Shown piece after piece: positions 39,107 to 53,555 of a stretch of 64,000 bases of DNA. The position numbers and the translations under genes were made by a program. The notes beneath the pieces were generated by a model that was not told the DNA's origin, ran no database searches, and saw nothing but the letters and a program-made list of their open reading frames with translations. The DNA lies in the NCBI GenBank assembly GCA_964016885.1, contig OZ024758.1:22754001-22818000 (forward strand), given 5' to 3'. This DNA is from Eledone cirrhosa. Lineage: Eukaryota. How positions within the stretch are numbered: position 1 is the first letter of the stretch; the number at the start of each line of letters is the position of its first letter.

Positions 39107-39440
39107 ATCCAACACTTGGATCTGACAACAAACTGGAGTCAGCGACATAATAACAACCATCAAGACGAACAAACACAGATGGGCTGGCCACATCTGGAGA
39201 CTCAGTGACAACAGATGCACTGGCCAAATCTCGCGACTCAGTAACAACAGATGGACAATCAGAGTGACAGAGTGGCCAACAAGAAAATGGACAAAATCAA
39301 AAGGACGTCCAAGGAGAAGATGGTGACACAACCTCACCAACCACCTGGGACCCTCATGGTCAAGACTGGCAAGGGTCAGCAGTCCTGGGAGGGGTTCTTC
39401 CTCCATGAGTGATTTCAAAACCCTGACTGGATCAAGATAG
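39107..39440 (+). mobile_element. Degenerate RTE-like LINE 3' fragment
   Basis: Encodes KHRWAGHIWRLSDNR...GRPRRRW. Confidence 0.7.
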
Positions 39441-39453
39441 GCTAAAGGTTTAA

Positions 39454-39661
39454 CCCTTTAGCATTTAAACCGGCCAGAATTCTCCCACCTCTTTCTGTTC
39501 AAACTGGCTGTAACCGTCTGCTCATACTGATGTTATGGTATTGTTCTCAAAATAAATATCAAAATATCATAGATTCAATATTATGTGTGATATTTATGTA
39601 AGGTAAAGCCTTTACCTTGAAAATATAATAGTAAATATAGAATAATGTAAATGTTGAAGGG
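39454..39661. mobile_element. piggyBac-like MITE family 1
   Basis: TTAA-CCCTTTAGCATTT...GAAGGG-TTAA. Further copies near 46762-46972, 53798-53943 and 54555-54734. Confidence 0.8.
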
Positions 39662-40167
39662 TTAAAAAAAAAACCCTTGTAGTAATGGTGAATCAAAAAA
39701 TATAGAATTGTACTGAAATGGGGACACTAATAATTGAAATACTTTGTTTAAATTAGTTACAATATATTTTCAAGTCACATATGGTATTTAACTTGAACGA
39801 AAGTGTTTGTTCCTTTCACTATTTTAACGAAAGGGATTGTTAATTATTAACAGCCAAGTTCATTCAATTTGAATTACACAGTAGTTTACCTAATATTTAG
39901 TAATATATGTTATAATTAAGGAAGTAGAGGATATATAGGATGTATGTGTTTGTATACATGTGTACAGAAGGACCATAATTAGTTAGTTTCAAATAACCCT
40001 TCATAAAACTGCTGCTTTTAGTGAAGCAGAAGAAAGAAAAGAGAAAAAGAAACAGTTTAAATTACACACTAACTATTAATTAACTGGAGAGACTATACAT
40101 GGTCCTTTGACTTGCTAGAAATAGCAGCTAAATGTCTCTTAAATAACACTTTATTTTATAATCTTAA

Positions 40168-40714
40168 CCCTTTAACATTTACATTACTCTGCATTTACTA
40201 TTGTATTTTCACAGTAAAGGCTTTCATCATTTCATTTTACGTCCGCTTTTCCCTGCTTGCAAGGGTGAGACGGGAACTTATTCTGGCTTGATTTCTACAG
40301 CTGGATGCCCTTCCTAACACCAACCTCATTTACAGTGAGTGCTGGGTGCTTTTTTTTCTGTGGCGCCTCCACGACCACTTTGCAGTGGAATGATAGGGAC
40401 CCCAGACCTATCATCTCATTTCTACAGCTGAGTAAACTGGAGCAATGTGAAATAAAGTGTCTTGCTCAAGGAAACAAACATCACCTGGTCTGAGAATTGA
40501 ACTCACAACCTTTCGATTGCAAAGCCAATGCTCTACCCACTAAGCCATGCGCCTCCTCACACAATACCGAATCTTTGAGATTTCGATATTATTTATTTTG
40601 AAAACAGTACCTTAACATCAGTATGAGTGGCCAGTTGTGGCCAGTTATGGCCAGTTTGAACAGAAAGGAGTGAGTGAATTCTGGCCGGATACAGCTGGTT
40701 TAAATGCTAAAGGG
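40168..40714. mobile_element. MITE family 1 with nested SINE A (40225-40556, minus)
   Basis: MITE halves rejoin across the SINE. Confidence 0.85.
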
Positions 40715-41115
40715 TTATACAAGGAAAAGACACATTAGGTAATGCAGGATTATCATAGTTGGAAAACCTTTAATCATAGGTCTGCTTACATACTAACTGT
40801 TAATGAGAGAGACAGTACATGGTCGTTAGACTTGCTAAAAATAACAGCAAAATCTCTCTCAAATGACTCGTTATAATCTTAAACAAAGAAAAGACACATT
40901 AGATAATGCAGGATTGTCATAGCTGGAATACCTTTAACCCTTTAGCATTTACTATTGTATTTTACTAATTATCTCACATAATACCGAATCTATGAGATTT
41001 TGATATTATTTATTTTGAGAACAAAGATAGTATTTATAACACAGCTTATCAAAGGGTTCTTATAGAAAATACTCTTCTCATTCTGTCTTTCTACTTCATC
41101 TTTTTATTTCTCATT

Positions 41116-41153
41116 GTCTTCTGATGAAGGACTAGTGTCCGAAACGTAAAGAC
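41116..41153 (+). ncRNA. Minimal type I hammerhead ribozyme
   Basis: gtctt-CTGATGA-a-ggac(tagt)gtcc-GAAAC-GTA-aagac: 5-bp stem I, 4-bp stem II, loopless palindromic stem III ACGT, predicted cleavage after A41148. Confidence 0.85.
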
Positions 41154-41233
41154 TCTTTTCCTACTACATCAAGTGTTAAACTATATATTTCTTCACTGTT
41201 CTGTTTTGTTTCAGTTTACTTTTTGCACATACA

Positions 41234-41265
<32 letters not shown>

Positions 41266-42219
41266 CATACAAACACATACATACATACATACATACATAA
41301 GCAAATATGACCATTTAACACCTAAATCTGAACATAGATACACCTAGAACAAACACAAAGTAATCAAATAGAAAGAATGTCTCAATACGTAAATAATAGA
41401 CTCAGAAAACAAAGTCCACAGTAAACAAAACACCCAGGGGGTAATACCATCGAATGCCAAACTTCTAACAACTACACAGTAAAATAAAACCAATTATAAA
41501 CTAAATATCTATACTAGATCTAAAGAATCAACCATATTTCCTGAGTCATTCTTCATAAACTGACCACCTACCCACTTTAAATATCAGTACGAGGGGGGGA
41601 AACTCTTTCAAGTTGTAGCTGTTATATTACGCAGTTTCTGTATAGTATTATATCATCATCATCATCATCATCATTTTATGTCCGCTTTTCCCTGCTTGCA
41701 AGGGTGGGACAGGTCTTATTCAGCACTGCATCTCTCCACACACACACACACACACAAACAAACATAGATATACAGATATACATACATATACATATAGAGA
41801 AAGAGAGAGAGAAAGAAATTTACAAAATTATTATTTAAAACATCAGAATCCAGAAGAGTGGGAATAACATGTATTGCATAACACCGACACATGTTTCATT
41901 GTATGCATTACATAGCAATCTAGGATCTCTAATATTTGACTATTTCAATCAAATTATATCAAATCCAACAACTTAAAATTCATATGCAGATACAACTATA
42001 TATATATAATCCGTAAACATGATTTTATATAATCAGCTACCAATGGTAACATGCAACTGTTAACTGCTAGCTGTTCCCCAGTTTAATATATTTACAAATG
42101 GCTGAATGATAGATAAATAATGAGTAGCTGGTGATCTAATAAATATTAGCTCTACTACTGAATATAGCATGTCCTTCTTTTCCTCTTATTGACCATATGC
42201 TACATGGAGAGACACACAT

Positions 42220-43200
<981 letters not shown>

Positions 43201-43691
43201 ATACCCAAATTTGATATTAAACATTACAAGAACCAATTCAAGAGAGAGAAGAGAAAGAAAGAGGTCTGCTAACTGAGAAGAATCTGAACGACTTTAATGT
43301 TTAGTAATATATTTACTCTGCACATAAAAAGCATGATGGCTTTTCTCGTGTTGTATTGGTTTGTGATGTAATTACATTGCAATGAAATTACAGGCTATAT
43401 ATTCACCCAGACGATGAAGAAAAGTCAGTGAACCAAAGTAATATTTGAACCTTTGACCTCAGAATCACAAAGAACATTCAATTAAGAAAGGAGAAGAAAA
43501 GAAAAATTCACATTTCAAAATGTCTAATTTAGCTGGTATTAAATATTAACACATTAAGGCAGTGGATTGATGAATTGACGGAGTCAATAGAACTTCAGAT
43601 AGAATTTGTTGTGGTATTTGGTCCAGCTCTCTGCTCTCTGTGTTCAAATCCAGCAGAGATCAACTTTGCCTTTCATCCATCTGAAGTCAAT

Positions 43692-44429
43692 CATCATCAT
43701 CATCATCATCACCGTTTTACGTCCGTTCTTCCACGCTAGCATGGGTTAGACGGGTTGTCCTGTTGTGGGCAGTGTCTGGTCGGCTGACCATGCCTTGCTC
43801 ATACAGGAACTGATCTGGCTTGATTTCTACAGCTGGATGCCCTTCATTTACACCAACCTCATTTCCAGTGAGTGCTGGGTACTTTTTCGTGGCGCCTACA
43901 CGTCCACTTTACAGTGTGGGCTGGGTGCTTTTTTGCCGTGGCACCTCCACGACCACCTTGCAGTGGGGGGGGTGTGGGGGCATATTGTTTATATGCTTCA
44001 GCATGTACCCATGGGAGGTCGGGTACTCTGTATTACTGCGTGACGCCAGAAGTCACGGTCGTGTGTCATTGTCTTTGAGAGGTGTAATTGGGTAAGGTCG
44101 GCTTTTATCACCTCATCCCAAGTCATCTTGGGTCTCCCCACTCCGCGGTTTCCATCAACTTCTAGTGCTCTGCACCTTTTTATGCAGCTGTCATCCTTCA
44201 TACGCATCACATGTCCATACCAGCGCAACCGCCTCTCCTGCACACAGCATTTGATTCCTCTTATGCTCAGTCTCTCTCTCAATTCATTTATGATTTGTCG
44301 TTCACGTATATTACTGTTACACATCCATCGGAGCATGCAGGCTTCGTTTCTCTCTAATCTACGTAAGTCTTCCACCTTCAGCGCCCAGGTCTCACTACCA
44401 TGCAACATCGCTGTTCGGATACACGCATC
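43692..44429 (-). mobile_element. RTE-1 LINE 3' portion
   Basis: ORF 43998-44408: MLHGSETWAL...RRLRWYGHVMRM...GRPKMTWDEVIKADL, then the family D module and a (GAT)n tail. Confidence 0.92.
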
Positions 44430-45620
44430 AATAAATAATTGTTTCTACTTTTGGCACAAGGCGAGCAATTATCCCAGTGTATTACTGGTACTTTATTTTA
44501 TCGACCCTGAAAGGATGAAAGGCAAAGTTAACCTCGGCGGCATTTGGACTCAGACCGTAACTCTTTGCTGCAAAGCATGGCGCCAGACCCTCTACCGATA
44601 CTGCCAACCCAATGGCCGTCAATAAATAATATACCAGTCTAGTACTGTTGTTGATTCCTCCTCTATATCTCTTTCTCTCCTTCTCTGGAAGAAATCTGCT
44701 GTACTCAGGCCTGGACAGGGTTGGGCTCTGCTCGGCTTAAAATGCCCAAGAAACGGTGTAGTCCAATATGGTGCCACTATGACTCCATCAGGAGTTACAG
44801 GACCATACCATACCATACCATTAAATAGATTCTAATTTACCAAACATCACCAAATACAAACACTTGTGTTAACACCTTATACTAAAACTATGCTCCACCA
44901 GCTAGACAAAAAATAGCAACAACAACAGCCGACAAAATAAGAAACAAAAACATGTAAAAAATGTCACCAATTGTTAATATAAATTAAAATATGAAAATAG
45001 AATCAAATGCTATTGCTAAAAATATCATAGCAGGCAACCTGAAGCTAAAAATCTTTACAGTAACAAAAGTTAATTAAAACCTTTTAAATTAATAAATTTT
45101 CTTAATGAAAAAAAAAAAAAAAAAAAAAAAAAAAAGATTTTCAAGAAAGAATTAGAAATATTTAAAATTATAATTACCAAAATATTTAAAATTATAAATA
45201 CCAAAATTATAAATACCAAGTTATAATAGCTATTATTTTATAAAAATGCAAAATGCTGTTTTCGAAATACAAGTTCTTGTCTAAAAACACACTATAAATA
45301 TGATAGCTCTAAAGTATTGAACTACAGATGATAAAGTCACAAGATCAAACCTCTATATACTGCAGCAAGGAATTCTTATTATATTGAACTCTTAAACTAT
45401 AATACCATTTATTTATAATAAGTTTAAACTTTGGAGTTATCATTATAATTAAAGTTTTCCTGGTTTTTAACTAATTTTACATGCTGACATTTACACAAAG
45501 TTCAAATCTGTCCAATTTCAGATTGTTGTCAATATTTCCTTTTCCTGAATCAGCGAGCAACTAGTGGCTGAGCATACTAATACTCTCCATTAACCTATTC
45601 AGTACCATAGATGTGATAAC

Positions 45621-45693
45621 TCATCCTAACATGTATGCGTTCCAGTGCCACAGACAAGATAACTCGTTTCCAACAGTTCGTAACTTCATTTTA
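45621..45693 (-). pseudogene. Candidate terminal coding exon
   Basis: Acceptor (T)nGCAG; phase-2 frame KMKLRTVGNELSCLWHWNAYMLG*; phase-compatible with 47277-47514. Confidence 0.35.
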
Positions 45694-47276
45694 CTGCAAA
45701 AAAAAAACCAAAAAAACCCCCAGCACAGCAACTGTAACTGTGTAAAATATACGCAACAGTCAACAGGTTAAGAAATAAAAGTTCTAATTTCAAGTTCAGC
45801 CTGAGACAATGCATAATACATTTAGGAATAGAATAACTGATGATAATCGAAGATTAAAATAGCTGCTCCCAAACTGGGACCTGCAGACCCCGGAGGCTCT
45901 CAGAACTAAGCTCAAACTTCCAAGTAATTTGTTAAAAACATAATATACAAATATTATATCGAGTATTAATTCTTTTCTAAATATAAACATTTCTATTTTT
46001 AGATTGTTCTCCTCAGTGTAAAACAATCTGGGTGGAGATTAACTGTAGTGGAGACTGGCCCCTTGGGAAATACATTTAAACAAAAGGGGTTGGGTCCTTT
46101 GTAGTAAAAAATGTGGAAATCAGTGGACTGAAGCAGTTGGGTTAACAGAAACACAAAAACTGAAACTCTTTATGCAGAAAACTATATTTATAGAAAAATA
46201 GGGGCCATTTATTAGTCAGAAAATTTTAGCAAACTTTAGTGAGCACACACTGTAAATGTGGTTGTATAGGAGTCACAACAAAAAGTGCCCAGCACACACT
46301 ATAAATGTGGTTGGCGTCAGCAGGGCAGCCAGCTGTAGAAACCAAGCCAGAAACGGTTCTGTGTGAGCAAGACATGGTCACTTGACACAACTTGTTTGAA
46401 ACGGGACAACCGGTCTAACCCATGCTAGCGTGGAAAATGGACATTAAACTATGATGATGGTGATGATGATGATATCTGTATCAATTGATACAAAGGGAAG
46501 CAAGTCCTCCAAGCCATCCAATAATAGATTAATAGCCAATACTTAACACATCAAATGTACGAAAGACAGCTGTAGAACACAATACCGAACATTCTTCAAT
46601 TCTGATAAAGATACGCCATGTTAATTTGTAAGTCAAAATGTAATGTCATTTATCAGCCCCATCACTCTCTGTGGAGCATAGGCCATTGATAACCCTCCGC
46701 CATCATACATGATCCTGGGCTGCTCTTGCAACTCCACTCCAGTTGGTTTCCACTTTTCTTAAACCTTTAGCATTTAAACCAGCCATATCCAGCCAGAATT
46801 CTCTCACTTCTTTCTGTCCAAACTGTCTCTAATTGGCCACTCATACTGATGTTAAGGTATTGTTCTCAAAATAAATAATATCAAAATCTCATGGATTCGA
46901 TATTATGTGAGATAAAGCCTTTACTGTGAAAATACAATAGTAAATATATAGAGTAATATAAATGCTAAAGGGTTAATTCAGGCTCAATGTCATGGGTCTA
47001 GCTGCCGCAGGGCAAATGTAATGTACTGAATGATACATGCAAATGTATTCTTTTTCTTCTTCGCCCATTTATTCCTATGAAGGTCGCGGGGCAAATTTTT
47101 TTTGAATTAACTAAAATTTCCCATTTAGTTGAACAAAATAAAAATAACAGCCTAGCAGTAATTGTTGGCAACTCTCAAAGAAAAGGGGAGACAATTGCAA
47201 AAAAATTCAGAATTTACAAGCTTGGTGGAAAAAATCTGGAATAGATTAGAAACAAATACTTTTCACCTAGATTTAC

Positions 47277-47514
47277 TTTCTTATTATTTTTAAACCCTCA
47301 CTTCTTTTTTTATCTTTGATAATAAGCATCTTTACTTGGCTCCCAAGTGATCTTTCTATTCTGAGTTGAGTAATATTTCTCAGACAATGGAAGTATATAA
47401 TTAGTTTCATTTGTTGTTGAGATATTATCATTTCCAGGAGAACATAAATATATTTCCAATAGCAGGAAGTAATTTATGTCACCAAAGATAATTTACCATT
47501 TTCCAACCAGTTAT
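47277..47514 (-). pseudogene. Candidate decayed exon
   Basis: TTTTATATTTAG acceptor and AA/GTAAAT donor; 78 codons with one in-frame TAA. Confidence 0.3.
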
Positions 47515-47981
47515 CTAAATATAAAAGTACAAGTCAGAACAATAACAAAATGTTCACACACACACGCACATCATCATCATCGTTTAACGTCTATCTTCCA
47601 CGCTAGCATGGATTTGGCCACATGCATACATATATATATATTATAAAATCTTTTCCTGGGTCCTGTATTTTCGTTGCTCTGGTAATGCGGTCGGACTGCT
47701 GACTGCTATATCTGATTTGCTAAGCTGTCTGAACGTAATGTTATTACTCTGGGGTCTTACCTCATCTGAGTGCTAAAGTTACAGACCGATTATGCATATA
47801 CGCTAGCTTGGCCGTGTTCTAAAGCTTCGTCAATGCTGTACTAAAATTTATATATATATATATATATATATATGCATATACGTACATATATATATGCATA
47901 TACGTACATATATATATACATATATGTACATAAATATATATATATATATATACGTACATACATACATATACATACATACTA

Positions 47982-48029
<48 letters not shown>

Positions 48030-48122
48030 TGTATATATATATATATATATACATATATTTTTCATTTCATTTCATTTCATTTTACGTCCACTTTTCCCTG
48101 CTTGCAAGGGTGGGACGGGATG

Positions 48123-48153
<31 letters not shown>

Positions 48154-48160
48154 ATGTATG

Positions 48161-48192
<32 letters not shown>

Positions 48193-48201
48193 TATATATA
48201 C

Positions 48202-48232
<31 letters not shown>

Positions 48233-48925
48233 TACACACATATATATATACATACATACATATACATACATATATATATATAAAAGACGTAAAATAAGAA
48301 AATTATATATATATATATACATATATATATATGGTGGCTGCCAACTCGTTTTCGAGTACGGCCACTACTTTATATCCATGTAGGAGAACCCCTACCGATG
48401 CGCTGAACGAGTGTGACTTTTTAGTCCAGCCAGGGACTTGAAAACTCTGGTACAAACACTACACTTGTGACAATTATTGACACATAGTGCTGGGCCCATG
48501 GTACCATGTGACGACAAGTGCAGAGAGATCTCCAGATACAAAGCAATGCCTGTGCTGTGAAGCTTTTATAGTGAGCAAAGGCACTGCACAAAGCCAGTCC
48601 CACTCTCTTAACCAAGATGATATTTACCAAAAAGAAGAACAAGTCAACATCATTGGATACCATCAGGGTTGCAGGTGTTAGATCAGAGTTTTCCTTCTCC
48701 TAGAATTCTGCCTTGACAAAGGCTAAGGGGTCATCTCTCCCGGTGATTTTGGATGGCCATTGACTCTTAAGAGCTCCTTTGCCCTTTGACAGGTTTTGTT
48801 TTTAGTGCTGCAGGATGTCCAAAGTCACCCTCCTCACCAAGAAACCTTGGTGGGGTTGCCAGTTTAGTCGCCAACGACCCGACCATGAGACAGGTTGTAC
48901 TGGGATACATGTTACCAATAGCACC

Positions 48926-48960
<35 letters not shown>

Positions 48961-49410
48961 TATATATATTCAAAATTGCATCTTAATACAGAAATTTCAT
49001 TAAGTGCCTAAGTGGTCAATTATGGCCATTGACCTTACACTTACACAAGTCAATTCCAAACAGCTATTATCACTTCAGTAAGTGGGGACCACTTCTTTGA
49101 TGGTCAACACGAGAAAATAAAACAAGAATAATCAGCAGAAATTAAGGCAATCAGTGGTCAAATCAAACTAAATCTACAAAACATCTAGTACAATGAGGAC
49201 CATAGCTGAGTGTCAACTGAATAGTTCATAGACTGGCTATGAAGGAGTAATGTAAACTAGTATATCTGAAGGTATCGATTAAGAGTCGGGGTCCGATTGC
49301 CTGATAAAACCCGAACTGATTGCTATCGAAACAGTTGTAATATGCACTAAAGTTTCATAACAAACTGCAAATCTGACTTTCTATTCTCTCTCTCTCTCTG
49401 TCTGTCTGTA

Positions 49411-49743
49411 TTCATTTCATTTTACGTCCCCTTTTCCCTGCTTGCAAGGGTGGGACGGGAACTGATTCTGGCTTGATTTCTACAGCTGGATGCCCTTCCT
49501 AACACCAACCTCATTTACAGTGAGTGCTGGGTGCTTTTTTTGCCGTGGCACCTCCACGACCACTTTACAGTGGAATGATAGGGTCCCCAGTCCCTATCAT
49601 CTCATTTCTACAGCTGAGTAAACTGGAGCAATGTGAAATAAAGTGTCTTGCTCAAGGAAACAACACATCACCCGGTCTGAGAATTGAACTCACAACCTTT
49701 CGATTGCAAGCCCAATGCTCTAACCACTAAGCCATGTGCCTCC
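49411..49743 (-). mobile_element. SINE family A, full length
   Basis: Near-identical to the copies at 40225, 56303, 58946 and 60765. Confidence 0.92.
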
Positions 49744-49838
49744 ATGTGTATATATATATGTATATATATAGAGAGAGGTAGAACACTGGAAGGTAATATC
49801 CGTAGTGGTAGAGCACTCAGTCCATGGGATGAGTTAGG

Positions 49839-50033
49839 TAGAAGTGGTAACACAACAGTTAGTTCACCATACCGAGAACAATTGTTTCACCTTAGTGGAT
49901 CTTCAGCTCGTAATGGTCATAGTTATACGGTTATTCCTGTCCCATATAACTATGACCAGTACGAGCTGAAGATCCGCTAAGATGAAAGAATTGTTCTCGG
50001 TATAGTGAACTAACTGTTGTGTTACCACTTCTA
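49839..50033. ncRNA. Inverted repeat (89-bp arms) carrying a hammerhead motif on each strand
   Basis: Minus 49873-49910: cgag-CTGAAGA-tccactaaggt-GAAAC-aatt-GTT-ctcg. Plus 49962-49999 is the same motif with three substitutions. Confidence 0.75.
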
Positions 50034-50108
50034 TATATATATATATATATATATATAGTCAGCCCATGAACTTCAGCCTACCCTTACACACACAGAGAGA
50101 CACACATA

Positions 50109-50502
50109 CGAGGGTAATCCCAAAAGTAAGGTCTCCAAAGCGATGGAGACGCAGAGAAACTGTTCGTACGGCTGTTGGCAACACTGTTGTGATTGGTGCT
50201 TCCTTCACTCCCAAACAAGCATGCGCGCTCTTCGCTGGGATGCTCAATCTTGGCTTGGCAGCCATTGAGAATGGAGCTCCCGTTGAACGCTACCGCCAAG
50301 TGTGAATTTCGCGTAGTTATTATATACGAGGGCAATCCCAAAAGTAAGGTCTCCTTCCGAGGAAAACATGCGTAAAGATCGGCGGATCACTCTGGATGCT
50401 CTCTGCATTTTGGTTCCTGAGGTTTCCTGAAGCACCATCCACAGAATTTTAACGGAAAAGTTGCAATATCGGAAGGAGACCTTACTTTTGGGATTGCCCT
50501 CG
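50109..50502. mobile_element. Mariner remnants: a 5' fragment (50109-50320) plus a MITE (50327-50502)
   Basis: TA-CGAGGG(T/C)AATCCCAAAAGTAAGGTCTCC occurs twice, with its reverse complement ending at 50502. MELPLNATAKCEFRVVI resembles a mariner N-terminus. Confidence 0.85.
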
Positions 50503-50725
50503 TATATATATATATTGTTAACTGGCTTGTAAAAGACACAGCAAAAAGCACCCAGCCCAGACTATCAATGTGGTTGGCGTTAGGGAGGGCATCCAGCCAT
50601 AGAAAACCAGCCAGACACACTCCTATATGAGTGAGAGACGGTCACCCGACACAACTTGCCTCTAAATGGAACCCGTCTAACCCATGCTAGTGTGGAAGAT
50701 GGACGTTAATCGATGATGATATATA

Positions 50726-50941
50726 TGAGGGTAGGCTGAAAAGTTCATTGGCTGACTATGAAGGAGGGATGATGCTAAAGCTATGAAATCTTACATGCAT
50801 TATTTTCAACTCTTCTTATTAAATAACTGCATTGTTTCTTTCCAGGGACTATGTTGAAAAATAAACCTCATTTAGTCACCCAAGAGAGTATCTTGGTCAG
50901 CATATGAACGCTCCAGCCTATGAACTTTTCGGCCGGCCCTG
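50726..50941. mobile_element. Mariner-type MITE
   Basis: TA-TGAGGGTAGGCTGAAAAGTTCATTGGCT ... AGCCTATGAACTTTTCGGCCGGCCCTG-TA. Confidence 0.75.
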
Positions 50942-50944
50942 TAT

Positions 50945-51525
50945 TCACAGTAACATACAGCTATGGTGCGACCACACTTAGAATTTGCATCACCAGTCTG
51001 GAACCCCTATCTTGCTCAGAACATTGACCGCCTGGAAACTGTTCAGAGACATGCAACCAAGCGAATACCCTCCATCAGGCATCTACCATACTCTGAGCAC
51101 CTTGCTTCCCTGGGCATGGATTCATTGAAGCTCCGACGCCTGGCAACTGACTTGGTAAACACCCACAAAATTGTTAACCATGTTGCCAACAACAACCCTG
51201 AGTACCTTTTCGATTTCCATGTGTCTAACACACGTGGACATGCCCACAAAGTCAGAAAACAGCACAGTTCCCATGACTTTCGGAAACATTTTTTCACGCT
51301 CAGAGCTGCAGAAGCATGGAACAAACTACCTGCATCAGTTGTTAGCTGTCGAGACACTGCATCCTTTAAGGCCTCCATGCTTCCCGAGATCCGCCAACAG
51401 AACAGCTAACACATACACACATGTACTTCCCTGACATTTGTGTATTATTCTATGTACTATATTGACGAGTTGTAGTGCACCTGAGCACTTTACACAATAA
51501 TTTCATTATTATTATTATTATTATT
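50945..51525 (+). mobile_element. CR1-group LINE ORF2 C-terminus and 3' UTR
   Basis: VRPHLEFASPVWNPY...LETVQRHATK...TRGH...FFTLRAAEAWNKLP; (ATT)n tail. Confidence 0.93.
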
Positions 51526-51572
51526 TTCTGAGGTATTTTATGAGTTAAATATGTGGATAAGTCCTGAGGTCA

Positions 51573-53245
51573 AAATATTTACAGGTATTACTGGAGTAAT
51601 ATTTCCAGGTATTACTGGAGTAATATTTCCAGGTATTACTGGAGTAATATTTACAGGTATTCCTGGTGTAATATTTACAGGTATTTCTGGTGTAATATTT
51701 ACAGGTATTACTGGTGTAATATTTACAGGTATTACTGGAGTAATATTTCCAGGTATTACTGGAGTAATATTTCCAGGTATTACTGGAGTAATATTTACAG
51801 GTATTCCTGGTGTAATATTTCCAGGTATTACTGGAGTAATATTTCCAGGTATTACTGGTGTAATATTTACAGGTATTACTGGTGTAATATTTACAGGTAT
51901 TACTGGTGTAATATTTACAGGTATTTCTGGTGTAATATTTACAGGTATTACTGGTGTAATATTTACAGGTATTACTGGAGTAATATTTACAGGTATTACT
52001 GGAGTAATATTTACAGGTATGACTGGAGTAATATTTACAGGTATTACTGGAGTAATATTTACAGGTATTTCTGGTGTAATATTTACAGGTATTACTGGTG
52101 TAATATTTACAGGTATGACTGGAGTAATATTTACAGGTATGACTGGAGTAATATTTACAGGTATTACTGGTGTAATATTTACAGGTATTCCTGGTGTAAT
52201 ATTTACAGGTATGACTGGTGTAATATTTACAGGTATTACTGGAGTAATATTTACAGGTATTACTGGTGTAATATTTACAGGTATTCCTGGTGTAATATTT
52301 ACAGGTATTCCTGGTGTAATATTTACAGGTATTACTGGTGTAATATTTACAGGTATTACAGGTATTACTGGTGTAATATTTACAGGTATTCCTGGTGTAA
52401 TATTTACAGGTATTCCTGGTGTAATATTTACAGGTATTCCTGGTGTAATATTTACAGGTATTCCTGGTGTAATATTTACAGGTATTCCTGGTGTAATATT
52501 TACAGGTATTACTGGTGTAATATTTACAGGTATTACAGGTATTACTGGTGTAATATTTACAGGTATTACAGGTATTACTGGTGTAATATTTACAGGTATT
52601 CCTGGTGTAATATTTACAGGTATTACTGGAGTAATATTTACAGGTATTCCTGGTGTAATATTTACAGGTATTACTGGAGTAATATTTCCAGGTATTACTG
52701 GAGTAATATTTACAGGTATTACTGGTGTAATATTTACAGGTATTTCTGGTGTAATATTTACAGGTATTACTGGAGTAATATTTACAGGTATTACTGGAGT
52801 AATATTTACAGGTATTTCTGGTGTAATATTTACAGGTATTACTGGAGTAATATTTACAGGTATGACTGGTGTAATATTTACAGGTATGACTGGTGTAATA
52901 TTTACAGGTATGACTGGTGTAATATTTACAGGTATGACTGGTGTAATATTTACAGGTATTCCTGGTGTAATATTTACAGGTATTCCTGGTGTAATATTTA
53001 CAGGTATTCCTGGTGTAATATTTACAGGTATTCCTGGTGTAATATTTACAGGTATGACTGGTGTAATATTTACAGGTATGACTGGTGTAATATTTACAGG
53101 TATGACTGGTGTAATATTTACAGGTATTACTGGAGTAATATTTACAGGTATGACTGGTGTAATATTTACAGGTATTACTGGAGTAATATTTACAGGTATT
53201 TCTGGAGTAATATTTACAGGTATTACTGGAGTAATATTTGCAGGT
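51573..53245. repeat. 21-bp minisatellite, about 78 copies
   Basis: Unit GTAATATTTACAGGTATTACTG(G) with variants and three 9-bp insertions. Confidence 0.97.
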
Positions 53246-53555
53246 AACAAGATAGGAGTTGACAATTATGTCGTTGTAATATTGTGTATGTCAACCTAAC
53301 CTTTCAATCGAGTAAGTAGCAGGGCAACCAAAAGAAGGGGATGTGACTCAGGTTTTGGGTATCAAATTGATTTGATATTCAACCTTAGTATTTTTTGATG
53401 ATTGGATAGTAGAGAATAATTTAGTTCACCTTCTTTCTAACTTATGAAAATTATCTCAAGACATACTAAATACATTAAGATATCTTAAATTAAACTAATT
53501 TTCAAAAATCATTTAAAGAAAACTAACAAAAATTCTACATTGCAGGAATGTTTTA

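Noticed and set aside
47480-47514. 18-nt microexon (ATAACTGGTTGGAAAATG/GTAAAT)
   Set aside because: Cannot be distinguished from chance without RNA data; the longer exon model was kept.
48330-48925. GC-richer insert within (AT)n
   Set aside because: Probably an unclassified retroposon; no ORF, TIR or second copy in the window to support a call.
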